From Elusimicrobiota bacterium (GTDB taxonomy: Bacteria > Elusimicrobiota > Elusimicrobia > UBA1565): a DNA stretch of 64,000 nucleotides. Where the stretch lies: NCBI GenBank assembly GCA_043819795.1, contig JBDREN010000126.1:1-64000 (forward strand), given 5' to 3'. The first letter of the stretch is position 1, and every line of letters begins with the position of its first letter. The position numbers were made by a program, and so were the translations under genes. This document shows, in pieces, positions 11,250-20,909 of this stretch. The notes under the pieces are model-generated. The model had not been told where the DNA came from, ran no database searches, and was given only the letters and a program-made list of their open reading frames with translations.

Positions 11250-11590
11250 AGGTCCTCGCGCTTGAGCTTCAAGATATTCTTCAGCAGCCGGGCGTCCCGC
11301 CGGATCTCCGGGTTCGTTTCCAAAGAGCCGCGGACCCAATCCAAGGCTTTTCTCGCCGCGGGCGGCGCGGATCCGCCGGGCAGCCTATAGTAGACCCATC
11401 GCCCATCCTTGAAGTCTTCGACCAATCGGGCCTGTTTCAGGATCGACATATGCTTGGACACCGTGGAAGGAGCCAATCCCAGCAGCTCGATGATCTGGCA
11501 GACGCAGAGATCCCGGTCCCGCAAGGCCAGCAACGCCCGCACCCTGTTCTTGTCGGATAATGCCTTGGAAATGGCCAGGAATTCGATCAT
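11225..11590 (-). CDS. arsR: ArsR-family repressor (CxC type)
   Basis: KALSDKNRVR...LCVCQI...STVSKHMSILKQA...GRWVYY. Confidence 0.92.
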
Positions 11591-11600
11591 GACATCTCCT

Positions 11601-11624
11601 ATATTTCGCCAGATAACGAATTAT
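11601..11624. promoter_or_regulatory. Putative operator of the second arsR
   Basis: Imperfect inverted repeat ATATTTCG-N8-CGAATTAT directly upstream of the arsR RBS. Confidence 0.55.
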
Positions 11625-11726
11625 ATGCCAAAAGAGAGCGGCCTGGCAACTTCTCAGATGAGGCCCGAGCTCTGGCATTCCGGCGGGGCCGAGGCTACAA
11701 TAATCCATGCGAACAGGAGGGGCGGG

Positions 11727-11927
11727 ATGACCGGGAAGCTATTCGCGTGGCTGATATTCGGGCTCATCGGCTTGGCGGCCTTCGGCTATGGCAAGAAACA
11801 GGGCCGTCCAAAGACGATGCTTATCGCGGTCGTTCTGATGGGTTACCCCTACCTCGTATCGAGCCCTCTCGCGCTGTGGCTCATCGGCGCGGGCTTGACC
11901 GCCGCGCTTTGGGTGTCCCGCCGTTGA
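11727..11927 (+). CDS. Small hydrophobic membrane protein (66 aa)
   Basis: AGGAGG RBS; FG.IG.AAF.YGKKQ...LM.YPY pattern; 2-3 TM. Confidence 0.65.
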   Translation: MTGKLFAWLIFGLIGLAAFGYGKKQGRPKTMLIAVVLMGYPYLVSSPLALWLIGAGLTAALWVSRR

Positions 11928-12036
11928 TCCCGGAAGACGGCGCGGCAACCGCGACGGCCGCGAACGGCCTTGCGCGCCGGCCGGACGCCGGGTACGCTAT
12001 GACCGGCGGTTCCAATACCGCCGCCTCGGCCCGCCC

Positions 12037-12711
12037 ATGACCCCTTGGGAATTACTCGACAGCGCGCGGTTCCCCGGAAGCGGAAGCGAGCTTCGTCTGT
12101 ACAGGCGGGCCGGGGAGTTCACGATCCAGCTGGACGGCAGCATCGTCATGAACAGCCGCCTCCACGCCTCGGAAGACGCCCTCGCGTCGCTCGCGTGCGC
12201 GAGGATCGGCAAAGTCCGCCATCCCAGCGTACTGATCGGCGGCCTCGGCATGGGCTATACCTTGGCCGCCGCCCTGCGGGGACTGGGTCCCGGCGCCAGA
12301 GTGGTCGTGGCGGAGCTCGTGCCGGCCGTGGTCGAATGGAACCGCGGGCCTCTGGGACACCTGGCCGGCCACCCCCTGCGGGACGATCGGGTCGCAATCG
12401 TGGAGCAAGACGTCGCGAAGGTCATTCAATCGGAAGGCCGGGCCTACGACGCCATCCTGCTGGATGTTGACAACAGCCCCGAAGGCCTCAGCCGGGACGC
12501 CAACGACCAGCTTTACTCCGAGGCCGGACTGGACGCGGCCGTTGCGGCGCTTCGGCCCAAGGGCGTCTTGGGCCTGTGGTCCGCCCGTCCCAGCCGGCCC
12601 TTCGTCAAGCGCCTGCGCAAGGCGGGCTTCGACGTGGAAGAGGTCCCCGCCCGCGCGAGAGACAAATATCGAGGCGCCCACCACACGATCTGGCTGGCGA
12701 CGATCTCCTAG
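12037..12711 (+). CDS. Spermidine-synthase-like SAM-dependent transferase
   Basis: MNSRLHASE..LA; VLIGGLGMGYT; YDAILLDVDN. Confidence 0.85.
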   Translation: MTPWELLDSARFPGSGSELRLYRRAGEFTIQLDGSIVMNSRLHASEDALASLACARIGKVRHPSVLIGGLGMGYTLAAALRGLGPGARVVVAELVPAVVEWNRGPLGHLAGHPLRDDRVAIVEQDVAKVIQSEGRAYDAILLDVDNSPEGLSRDANDQLYSEAGLDAAVAALRPKGVLGLWSARPSRPFVKRLRKAGFDVEEVPARARDKYRGAHHTIWLATIS

Positions 12712-12867
12712 TCGGCCCCCCCTCCCCCAACGGCCGGTGCCGTGCTTGACTCTTAGGAATTGTTGCGGCCGCGATTCGGACGGCGAGCGCGGAATACTTC
12801 CCAAAAGTCAAGCACGGCACCTTTACCTTTGGTGGCGAAGAGGGCCGCTTGGCGCTATACTAGCGCC

Positions 12868-14421
12868 ATGGCGGGGGACAAAGGCTCCGGGGGGCTGTCG
12901 CTTGTGCTCGCATGGATCGAGTGCGGCATCCTCCTCGTCGTGTGGTACATCATGGCGATCAGGATTCGCAGCGCCCTGCCGGGGCCGCCACTGCACTCCC
13001 TGATCCCCCTGGCCGCGGCCTTCGGGCTCACGGGGGTCTCCGCGACGCATCTCATCCTCGACGAAGGCCGGGATTCCCCTACCCGTCGGGCCCCCAGCCT
13101 ACTGACTCCGCTCTTCTCGCTATGGATGCGACTCTGGCCCCCCCGCCGGTTCGTCCTCGACCTCTTGGCCGTGGCCGTGCTCGTCGCCGCCCTGGCCGGC
13201 ATGATATTCAGGCTAAACGAGGACGTCCGCTTTGCGGCCACGTTCGTCATCATCTTCCTGATGCTTTTCTTCCTGCTCTTCCTATTCTCCCGGGTATCGG
13301 GACCCGGGGAGCAGTCCGGCCTCAAGTTCTTTTTCCTGGGCTGCGGAATATGCGGCCTGGTTGTTTTCCTGGGCCTCGTGGCCGCAAGCGCCGAGGCCGC
13401 CGTGGCTTGGCGCTCGGTCGCGGGCCTCGCCGCCATCCTCCTCATGCAAGCCACGCGCCTGCGAGCGCTGGTCGCCCGGACTGGGACCGAGGCGGCGTCG
13501 GCCTCCCCGCCCGAGGGCCCGGACCGCTACCGGCTCACGGTGGAGAGGAAGGGCCGCAAGGCTCCCGCGCCACCGCCCGAGGAACTCGTCGATGACGAAG
13601 GCGCCAGCTTCGTGGGCTCCGGATCCTTCAGCGTCGACGCCGCCAAGATGGTCGAGAAGCTCCGTGAGCACCAGCTCGCCGATCCCCACGACTGTCTCCT
13701 GCCCTGGCTCCGATGCGCCGTAGCCTCGGGGGCGACGCGCATCGAACTCGAACGCATCCCCCGAGGCCTGCAGATGCGCTTCGACGGCCGGCCCTTCGCC
13801 GCCCGGGAGCTCGCCCGGCCGTACCGGGCCCTCCTGGAGGAGGACGCGGACGGGCCCCGGGGCCGGCACTTCGCCTACGGCCTGCTGGCCCTGCAGCGGC
13901 TCGACCCGCGCTCGGTCCGCGTGGTCTCGGACGGACCCGCCGGGCGCGCGGAGATGAGCCTCCTGAGGCACGACGTTCGCCGCGAGGACTCGGTGATGGA
14001 GGCGGACGGCGGCACGCTGATACGCGTGCGATGGGACTGGTGGGCGGCTTGGTGGCGGAGGTGGCGCCTTCTCATTCGGGCCCGCACGCATTGGGGGCTC
14101 GCCGAGCCGGCGCTGCTCATCAATCACTCTCCCGTTCCCGTTCTCCCGCCGCGCGGGGCGAGCAGGTGGCCCGCCTTCAAGGAGTCCGGCTGGCTGGGGA
14201 TCTGGCTTCGGCTGAGCTCGGATGAGGTTAGCGTCGTGCATTACTACCATCTCGGGGTCTTCGTCGAGGCGCAGACCCACCGCATGGGGGATTTCGCGGT
14301 GGAAGCCTACCTCGCCAGCGACGACCTGACCCTGAATATCTCCCAGGACAGGATCGTGCGCGACGCGCGCTTCGAGAACGGGATGGAGATCCTGCGGCGG
14401 AAGGCGAGGGCAACCTCATGA
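12868..14421 (+). CDS. Multi-TM protein with C-terminal degenerate Hsp90/GHKL-like region, paralog 1
   Basis: About 6 TM, then GSFSVDAAKMVEKL...FDGRPF...RHFAYGLLAL...LASDDLTLNISQDRIVRD. TATACT lies 6 nt before ATG 12868. Confidence 0.65.
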   Translation: MAGDKGSGGLSLVLAWIECGILLVVWYIMAIRIRSALPGPPLHSLIPLAAAFGLTGVSATHLILDEGRDSPTRRAPSLLTPLFSLWMRLWPPRRFVLDLLAVAVLVAALAGMIFRLNEDVRFAATFVIIFLMLFFLLFLFSRVSGPGEQSGLKFFFLGCGICGLVVFLGLVAASAEAAVAWRSVAGLAAILLMQATRLRALVARTGTEAASASPPEGPDRYRLTVERKGRKAPAPPPEELVDDEGASFVGSGSFSVDAAKMVEKLREHQLADPHDCLLPWLRCAVASGATRIELERIPRGLQMRFDGRPFAARELARPYRALLEEDADGPRGRHFAYGLLALQRLDPRSVRVVSDGPAGRAEMSLLRHDVRREDSVMEADGGTLIRVRWDWWAAWWRRWRLLIRARTHWGLAEPALLINHSPVPVLPPRGASRWPAFKESGWLGIWLRLSSDEVSVVHYYHLGVFVEAQTHRMGDFAVEAYLASDDLTLNISQDRIVRDARFENGMEILRRKARATS

Positions 14422-15977
14422 AGTTATCCAACGACAACGCCATGGGCGGGCTCCAGCTCCTGTTGTGGGAGAGCGCCCTTCTTGCGGCGTCATGGTGGAT
14501 CTCCGTGGTCGAGATCCGCGCCTCACTCGCTCTTTGGCCCGCTCACGCCCTGCTCCCCTTCGCCGCGGCTTTCGGGTTCACGGGCCTGACTATCGGGGCT
14601 CTCGCCAAAGGATATAGGACCAAGTCCCTCCGGGACGCCGACCGGCTCGATCGGATCTTCCTCGTCTGGCTCATGCTCTGGCCTGCCCGCCGGCCCTCCC
14701 TCGACGCGCTGGCCGCGGCGGTCGGCGCGGGCTCCCTGGCCGGCGTGCTCCTGGGGCTGGGCGTCGGCGTCCCCATAGCGGCCGCGGTCTCCGCGTTCTT
14801 CATGTTCCTTGTCTTCGTGCCCGCCTTCTATCGGATGCCGAGGCCGGCCACGGGCCTCGATCCCAACAACGTGTTTGTCGGCCTGGGAACGGGCGGTCTG
14901 GTCTTCTTCCAAGGCGTCATGGCCGCGAGCAGCGATCCCACGCTCGCGCGGCTGGCCGTGGCTGGGCTGGCCGCCGGCCTCCTGATGCAGGTCACGCAGG
15001 CGCGAGAGGAGGCGGGCCGGCGATGGAACGATCTTTCCGCCGCGCCCCCGCCGCCCCTGGACCTCGATCGCTACCGGCTGACGGTGGAGAGGAAAGGCCC
15101 TAAAGCCCCCACCGCCGCGCGGCCCCAAGAGACCGTCGACAACGACGGCGCCCGGTTCGTGGGCTCCGGCTCCTTCCGCGTGGACGCGGCCAAAATGGTC
15201 GAAAAGCTCCGCGAGCGCCAGCTCGCCGACCCCGAAGATTCCCTCCTGCCCCTGTTGCGCTGCGCCGTGGCCTCGGGCGCCTCCGACATCGCGCTCAAGC
15301 GCGTCCCCGGGGGGCTGGAGATACGCTTCGACGGTCGGCCAATCGTCGCCCGCCAGCTCTCCCAACCGTACCAGGCCCTTCTGGCCGAGGCGGACGCGGA
15401 CGGACCGCGGGGCAGGCACTTCGCCTACGGCCTGCTGGCCCTGCAGCGGCTCAAGCCCCGCTTCATTCACGTCGTCTCGGGCGACCCTTCCGGCCACGCG
15501 GAGATGAACCTCCTCGCGCGGGGCGTCCAGGCCGGATACGCCGGCATGGACCCCGACGACGGCACGCTCATCCAGGTGCGGTGGGGATGGATGCGGGGGT
15601 GGTGGTGGAGGTCGAAGCTCCTCGCGCGGGCCCGCAAGCATTGGGGGCTGGCTGAGCCGACCTTGAGCGTCGGAGGCGTTCCTGTTCCCTCGACCCCCTC
15701 GCCCAAAGCCGCGGGATGGCGCATCATCAGGGAAGCCGGCTGGGACGGATCGTGGCGGCCGCTTCCCTCCGCCGAGGAGAGCCGCGTACGCCTCTATACT
15801 CTCGGAGTCTTAGTGGAGGAGGTCGCCGAGGATCTGGGCCGCCGGCAAGTCGAAGCCTACCTAGCCAGCGACGACCTCACCCTGGACATCTCCCAGGCCC
15901 GCGTGGTGCGCGACGCTCAATTCCGCGAGGGGATGGATATCCTGCAGCGAAAGGCGGCCCAGGCGGAGCGGGCCTAG
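14418..15977 (+). CDS. Multi-TM protein with C-terminal degenerate Hsp90/GHKL-like region, paralog 2
   Basis: Same architecture and shared blocks as paralog 1; ATGA coupling. Confidence 0.65.
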   Translation: MKLSNDNAMGGLQLLLWESALLAASWWISVVEIRASLALWPAHALLPFAAAFGFTGLTIGALAKGYRTKSLRDADRLDRIFLVWLMLWPARRPSLDALAAAVGAGSLAGVLLGLGVGVPIAAAVSAFFMFLVFVPAFYRMPRPATGLDPNNVFVGLGTGGLVFFQGVMAASSDPTLARLAVAGLAAGLLMQVTQAREEAGRRWNDLSAAPPPPLDLDRYRLTVERKGPKAPTAARPQETVDNDGARFVGSGSFRVDAAKMVEKLRERQLADPEDSLLPLLRCAVASGASDIALKRVPGGLEIRFDGRPIVARQLSQPYQALLAEADADGPRGRHFAYGLLALQRLKPRFIHVVSGDPSGHAEMNLLARGVQAGYAGMDPDDGTLIQVRWGWMRGWWWRSKLLARARKHWGLAEPTLSVGGVPVPSTPSPKAAGWRIIREAGWDGSWRPLPSAEESRVRLYTLGVLVEEVAEDLGRRQVEAYLASDDLTLDISQARVVRDAQFREGMDILQRKAAQAERA

Positions 15978-17080
15978 TCCAGCCACTCGCGGTCTTTCAG
16001 CTTCTTGGGAAGGTACTTGTTGGTCAGGAACTGGAAGTCCTTGTTGGCCAGGGCGTCGAGCTCGTACTTGAGGCCGCTGGCGAGCATCCGCTTGATCTCC
16101 ACCTGCCATTCCGTCTTCCGGAACCAGCGGTAGTTGAGCAGCTCCTTGGCGCGGTTGATGTCCTTGTCGTTGAGCTTGATGCCCACGTTGCGCGGCAGCC
16201 CGTAGCGCTTGGGGTCGGCGCTCGAAAGGCCGATGAACTTGGCCCTGGGAATGGCCATCCGCTGGCTCTCGAAAGCGAGGTTGATGGACCCCTGCTTGAT
16301 GACCGAATAGATGTAGTACCCCCACGGGTCGTTGTCCACGAGCACGTAGACCGGCAGCCTCCTCTCCTCGTGAAGCCGCCGGGCCAGGCGCCTCACGCCG
16401 CGAGGCGGCTGGCCGTTGCCCGTGATAAGGATGCAGTTGAACTTCTTCCAGAACTTGTCCTCCGAGAGCCGGTTCCACTGGGTCCCCTTCTCGATAAGGA
16501 GCACGAAGTCGGCCGTGCACCTCTTGATCCGGATGTACTCGGGCTCGACGATGGAAGGGATGGAATAGCCGCCCTTCCCGAGCTTGGCGCAGTCCACGCG
16601 GTCCCCGTCGTCGAGGAGCACCAGGGGCCCCACCACGCTCCCCCCGTTGTCGGCGCGCACGTGGAGCTCCTCCCGGAGGGCCTCCAGCGTGACCTCGAGG
16701 TCCTCGATGATCGGGTCCGACTCGTTCTGCCCGTCGAAGGTGTTCTCGTGGGAGTCCTTGATGGTGTGCTTGGCGCGGTAGTAGACCTCCCTCAAGGAGG
16801 TCGTGAGATCCGAGCGCTGAAGCTCGGACAGGGCGTCGGCCACGAGCATCGTCTGCATGAACTTCTTGGCCATCCCCACGTTGAAGAACGAGCGGGCCTG
16901 CCTGTTCGATCCCATCTCGATGATGCCTTTTTTCTCGTTGAACTTGACGTTGGAGAGGGCGCGCACGGGTATCGTGATGGTGGGGTCCTTCCGGCGGTTG
17001 GCGGCGCTGACGACCAGGTCCGCCAGCCCGACGAGCCTCTTCTCCACGCTGTCGCTTCTCTTCTGTTTTGTCCGCGCCAT
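15974..17080 (-). CDS. top6A: DNA topoisomerase VI subunit A (Spo11-like)
   Basis: SLREVYY (catalytic Tyr); Toprim LLIEK and VDNDPWG; K.ELDAL. Confidence 0.93.
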   Translation of the reverse strand: MARTKQKRSDSVEKRLVGLADLVVSAANRRKDPTITIPVRALSNVKFNEKKGIIEMGSNRQARSFFNVGMAKKFMQTMLVADALSELQRSDLTTSLREVYYRAKHTIKDSHENTFDGQNESDPIIEDLEVTLEALREELHVRADNGGSVVGPLVLLDDGDRVDCAKLGKGGYSIPSIVEPEYIRIKRCTADFVLLIEKGTQWNRLSEDKFWKKFNCILITGNGQPPRGVRRLARRLHEERRLPVYVLVDNDPWGYYIYSVIKQGSINLAFESQRMAIPRAKFIGLSSADPKRYGLPRNVGIKLNDKDINRAKELLNYRWFRKTEWQVEIKRMLASGLKYELDALANKDFQFLTNKYLPKKLKDREWLD

Positions 17081-17108
17081 TTGGCTTCCTTGGGCCGGTC
17101 CGCCCGGC

Positions 17109-19148
17109 CTACCTCTTGAGACGTTTCGCCTTCTTCTTGCCCGGCTTCGGCCTCTTCTTGGCCGGCTTGGGCTTCCTCTTGGCCGGTTTGGCCTTCTTCA
17201 CGGCCTTCTTCGTCTTTTTCCCCGCCGGCCCGGCTTTCCCAGCCGCCTTCCCCCGCCCGGAAGGCTCCTCTTGCGGGGAAGCCGCCTCCTCGGGCGCGGC
17301 CGACTCGGGAGCCGCCTCTTCGGGCGGCGCCTCGTCGCCGGGGACCGGGACCTCTCCCTCGGCCCCTTCCGGCGTGACGATGATGGAATGGGGGAGCCCT
17401 TCCGGCCCGCTCCCGTCCTTGCCCAGGATCTCGTCGGTCTTCTCGCCGCCCGTCCGCGTCATGGCGATCTGCTGGAGCTGCTTCTTGAGCTTCTCGGCGG
17501 CGAGCCTCCCCCCCTTCAGGCGCTTGCACGCCTCGGCCACTTCCTCGATATAGAGCTCGAAGATGTTCCGCCGGCGGAACTCGCTCTTCGCCCGTTCCTT
17601 GCGCTTGAGAAAGGTCCCGAGCCTGCGTCCGCATTCCCGAAGGGCCAGCCGTATCTCCTTGCCGATCTCGTCATAATCGGCGATCGCCTCCTTGGACTCG
17701 CTCGTGAAGGGCACCCAGACCGACGCCATGTGGATGAAGATGACCATGGGCCCCGCGGGGAGCGCCCCTCTCGACTGCGAAACGCCGTAGTTGCGCCAGA
17801 CGGTCTCGAGCACCGTCCTGAAGGTGGCGCAGCCCGCCTGCTGATAGAGCAGCGGCACCCGGTTGGCGTAGCGGATGACGCGCGCGAGCTCGCCGCCCTT
17901 GTCGTGCCGCTCCCCTTCGGCCAGCGGTATCTTCTTCTTTTGATCCTCTTTCGCGGACTCCTGATGGCCCTTGCCGAAAGCGATGCCCGCCTCGATAACG
18001 AAAGGGTTGCCCCGGTACACCGCCGGCGGGCGGGTCACCGCCGTGTAGAAGTCCCCCTTGATCTGCTTGTACAGGCCGTGGAGGATCGCCTTCTCCCCGA
18101 TGGGCGAGATGCAGTTGGTGGGGGGCGCCATGATCTTGGTGGACTGGATGGCCTTGTACAAATTCTCGGCGTCCTGCCCGTGGATATCCCGCGGCCTCTT
18201 CTTGAGGGAAAGCCCCGCCTTCGTGCAGATCTCCTCGGCGACCCGCGGCGAGACCCGGCTGAAGTCGCTGCTCAGAAACCCCGAGAGCCAGTGGCTCCGG
18301 GTGTCGTGCATCATCTTGAGGAGCATCCCGAGCTCGATCCCGTAGGGATGCGGCTTGATCTCCCGGGGAGGGACGGGAAGCTCGTTATAGGTGCGGGGGT
18401 ATTCCTTCGTCTCCCCGTCCGGCGCGACATAGGTCAGCTTGACGTGCGGGTTGGCGATGGAGGTCTGCTCGATGTACTCGTCCACCGAGGCCCGGCCCTT
18501 CTGGTAGCGGCCCTCCAGCTCGATGGAGACCTGGGTGCCGCGATGGTTCTCCCACTCGATCTGCTTCTTCTCGAGGATCCTGGGCTCGTTCTTCTTGGTG
18601 TTGATCTGGACCTCGAAATAGTGGGCGGGCTTATCCTCGCCGGTCCGCGAGATGATCTGGACGGGCTTCCCCGTCGTGAGCTGGCCGTACATGCCGGCGG
18701 CCGAGATGCCGATCCCCTGCTGGCCCCGGCTCATGCGCAGCCGGTGGAACTTGGACCCGTACAGGAGCTTGGCGAAGATGCGGGGGATCTGCTGGCGCAC
18801 GATCCCTGGGCCGTAGTCCACCACCGTGACCCGGAAGCGGCTCGCCTGGCTCGGCGGCGGGGGCGCGTGCCCCGCGCCGGCGACCACCTCCACCTTGACG
18901 ATCACCTCGGGCAGGAGCCCCGCCTCCTCGCAGGCGTCGAGCGCGTTGTCCACAGCCTCCTTCACGCAGGTCAGGAGGGCTTTCCGGGGATTGTCGAAGC
19001 CCAGGAGGTGCCGGTTCTTGGTGAAGAACTCGGAGACGGAAATCTCCCTCTGCCGGGCGCCCATCTCGACGGCGGTGAGGGTCGCCGCCGGGCGGGAGCG
19101 GCGGGGACTTCCCTTCGGGGATCCGGTCTTCTCTGGGACTTTTTCCAT
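17109..19148 (-). CDS. top6B: DNA topoisomerase VI subunit B with Lys/Ala/Pro-rich tail
   Basis: REISVSEFF.KNRHLLGFDNP, KEAVDNALDAC, SRGQQGIGISAA, RYANRVPLLYQ, VPFTSESKEAIA. Confidence 0.95.
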   Translation of the reverse strand: MEKVPEKTGSPKGSPRRSRPAATLTAVEMGARQREISVSEFFTKNRHLLGFDNPRKALLTCVKEAVDNALDACEEAGLLPEVIVKVEVVAGAGHAPPPPSQASRFRVTVVDYGPGIVRQQIPRIFAKLLYGSKFHRLRMSRGQQGIGISAAGMYGQLTTGKPVQIISRTGEDKPAHYFEVQINTKKNEPRILEKKQIEWENHRGTQVSIELEGRYQKGRASVDEYIEQTSIANPHVKLTYVAPDGETKEYPRTYNELPVPPREIKPHPYGIELGMLLKMMHDTRSHWLSGFLSSDFSRVSPRVAEEICTKAGLSLKKRPRDIHGQDAENLYKAIQSTKIMAPPTNCISPIGEKAILHGLYKQIKGDFYTAVTRPPAVYRGNPFVIEAGIAFGKGHQESAKEDQKKKIPLAEGERHDKGGELARVIRYANRVPLLYQQAGCATFRTVLETVWRNYGVSQSRGALPAGPMVIFIHMASVWVPFTSESKEAIADYDEIGKEIRLALRECGRRLGTFLKRKERAKSEFRRRNIFELYIEEVAEACKRLKGGRLAAEKLKKQLQQIAMTRTGGEKTDEILGKDGSGPEGLPHSIIVTPEGAEGEVPVPGDEAPPEEAAPESAAPEEAASPQEEPSGRGKAAGKAGPAGKKTKKAVKKAKPAKRKPKPAKKRPKPGKKKAKRLKR

Positions 19149-19302
19149 TCTCCCTTCTCAGCGAATCACGCGCGAGTCTTGAGCTGTGTCCGGGCCATCC
19201 ATCGACGCGCCGAGGCTCCCGGGATGGGCATGATACAATTTCTTGCCCGCCCGGCACCGCACATTCGCCACCCGCGTCGGCCGGGAAGGAAGCCCGGGCC
19301 GG

Positions 19303-19959
19303 TCACAGCAAGCGCAGCAGATCCTCCGGCCTCTGGATGAGGGCTTTCGCCCCCTCCGCGAGGAGCTCATCCGCCTTCCTGAAGCCCCACAACGCCCCGA
19401 CGGCGTACATGCCGGCGCCGACGGCCGTCTTCATGTCGATGCCCGTATCCCCGAGGTAGATGAACTCGTCCGGGGGGATCCCCAGCGCGGCGGAGATCTC
19501 CATGGCTCCGGAGGGATCGGGCTTAAGGGGCCCTCCGGGCGCGGCCCCGCGCACTTCGGCGAACTTCCACCCTCCCAGCAGCGCCTCGACCGCCGACCGG
19601 GTGTTGTTTTCCGGCTTGTTCGAGAGGATCGCCATGCGGAGCCCGCGCTTCGACAAGGCGTCCAACAGCTTCGGAACGCCCGCGTACGGCCTTGTCTTAT
19701 CCTTCCATCGCCTGCCGTATTCCTCGCGCATCGCCCCCAGCTGCGTCTCGATCCCCGCGTCGTCCCGCCGATCCTCCGGCAGGGCCCGCAGTACCAGGGC
19801 GCGTATCCCGTCGCCCACGAAGTACTTATAGGCCTCCAGCGGGTGCTCGGGATACCCCGCCCGCCTCAGCACGGCGTTCATCGAATCCGCGATATCATCG
19901 AGCGTGTCGAGCAGCGTCCCATCCAGATCGAAAAGCACGGCCCTGAATCCTTTTCCCAT
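19303..19959 (-). CDS. HAD-family hydrolase (phosphoglycolate phosphatase-like)
   Basis: FDLDGTLLD, LSNK, KPDP, YLGDT..D. Confidence 0.9.
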   Translation of the reverse strand: MGKGFRAVLFDLDGTLLDTLDDIADSMNAVLRRAGYPEHPLEAYKYFVGDGIRALVLRALPEDRRDDAGIETQLGAMREEYGRRWKDKTRPYAGVPKLLDALSKRGLRMAILSNKPENNTRSAVEALLGGWKFAEVRGAAPGGPLKPDPSGAMEISAALGIPPDEFIYLGDTGIDMKTAVGAGMYAVGALWGFRKADELLAEGAKALIQRPEDLLRLL

Positions 19960-19965
19960 GCGACT

Positions 19966-19994
19966 AATCTAAACGCTCGTGAAGCCCGCGTCAA
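19966..19994 (-). promoter_or_regulatory. Sigma70-type promoter, probably giving a leaderless HAD transcript
   Basis: TTGACG-17 nt-TAGATT, then 6 nt to the ATG; no SD. Confidence 0.6.
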
Positions 19995-20129
19995 GGGCCC
20001 CAGTCAGCGCCGGTCGCGCGGAGCGCCGACCGGTCGCTTACACCCCTGGGTTATCAAGGTCTCGCCCGCCGAAGGCGGGCCGGGTTTCTTGATTTGAATC
20101 CCTAGGCGACTTCATCGTAGACTATTCAG

Positions 20130-20909
20130 ATGATGATCCGAACTTCCCTTATCGTCGCCCTTTTCGCCGTCCCCGCCGCCCCCGCGCGCGCGGGCTTCGA
20201 GTCCGCCTTCCCCTCCACCGTGGAGGGCTTGGTCATTCCGAACGCGCACGACCTGAAGCTGGAGTCCAAGGGACGGGTCATCCGCGGCATGGCCCCCCGC
20301 CATGAGCAGGACATCCGCGATCTCATCGCCCTCGGCGTCGAGGATATCCTCGCCTTCAAGCAGGCGTGGAAGGACGAGGTCAACGAGGGCATCGCGCTCT
20401 TGAAGGAGATGGGATACAAGGAAGACCGGCTCCATCATATCCCCTTCCGCTGGAAGTACTTCGAAAGCTTCCAGAAGCCGTGCCGTCAGACGCTGGAGGC
20501 GGTGAAGATCCTCCGCGACGCCGAGCGCGACGGCCGCACCGTCTTCTTCCATTGCACCGTGGGGGAGGACCGCACGGGCTACCTCGCCGCCGTATACCGC
20601 CTGCTCGCGCAGGGCAGGACGGCGGAAGACGTCTTCCAAAACGAGATGTGCCTCCACGGCTACGGCGCGGGCAATCCGCAGAAGCCCGTAGAAAGGGTCG
20701 TTCTCAAGATCCGCCGGGAATTGACCCCGCTCTACCTGAAGATGGCGTACCTGGTCTCGATCGGCGCCGTAACGCTGGACAATCTGGACGGATCGGCCTG
20801 CGCCGCGGAGCCGAGCGAGGCGGCGGTCGGCTCGCTCTTCGACGAGAAGGATTTTCGCTGCGAGACGTCCCCGCGCTACCCCTTCGACGCGCCTCCCATG
20901 GCCCGCTAG
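20130..20909 (+). CDS. Secreted Cys-dependent (PTP/DSP) phosphatase
   Basis: Signal peptide ending PARA; HCTVGEDRTG P-loop. Confidence 0.8.
   Translation: MMIRTSLIVALFAVPAAPARAGFESAFPSTVEGLVIPNAHDLKLESKGRVIRGMAPRHEQDIRDLIALGVEDILAFKQAWKDEVNEGIALLKEMGYKEDRLHHIPFRWKYFESFQKPCRQTLEAVKILRDAERDGRTVFFHCTVGEDRTGYLAAVYRLLAQGRTAEDVFQNEMCLHGYGAGNPQKPVERVVLKIRRELTPLYLKMAYLVSIGAVTLDNLDGSACAAEPSEAAVGSLFDEKDFRCETSPRYPFDAPPMAR

Noticed and set aside
16857..19340. Long antisense or alternate-frame ORFs (also 22321-23979, 41586-43394, 44059-45927, 54176-55837)
   Set aside because: Shadow ORFs typical of high-GC DNA, overlapping well-supported genes and lacking motifs.
20000..20095. Hairpins between the divergent HAD and phosphatase genes as an ncRNA or REP family
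   Set aside because: GC-rich stems are expected by chance and no second copy was seen.
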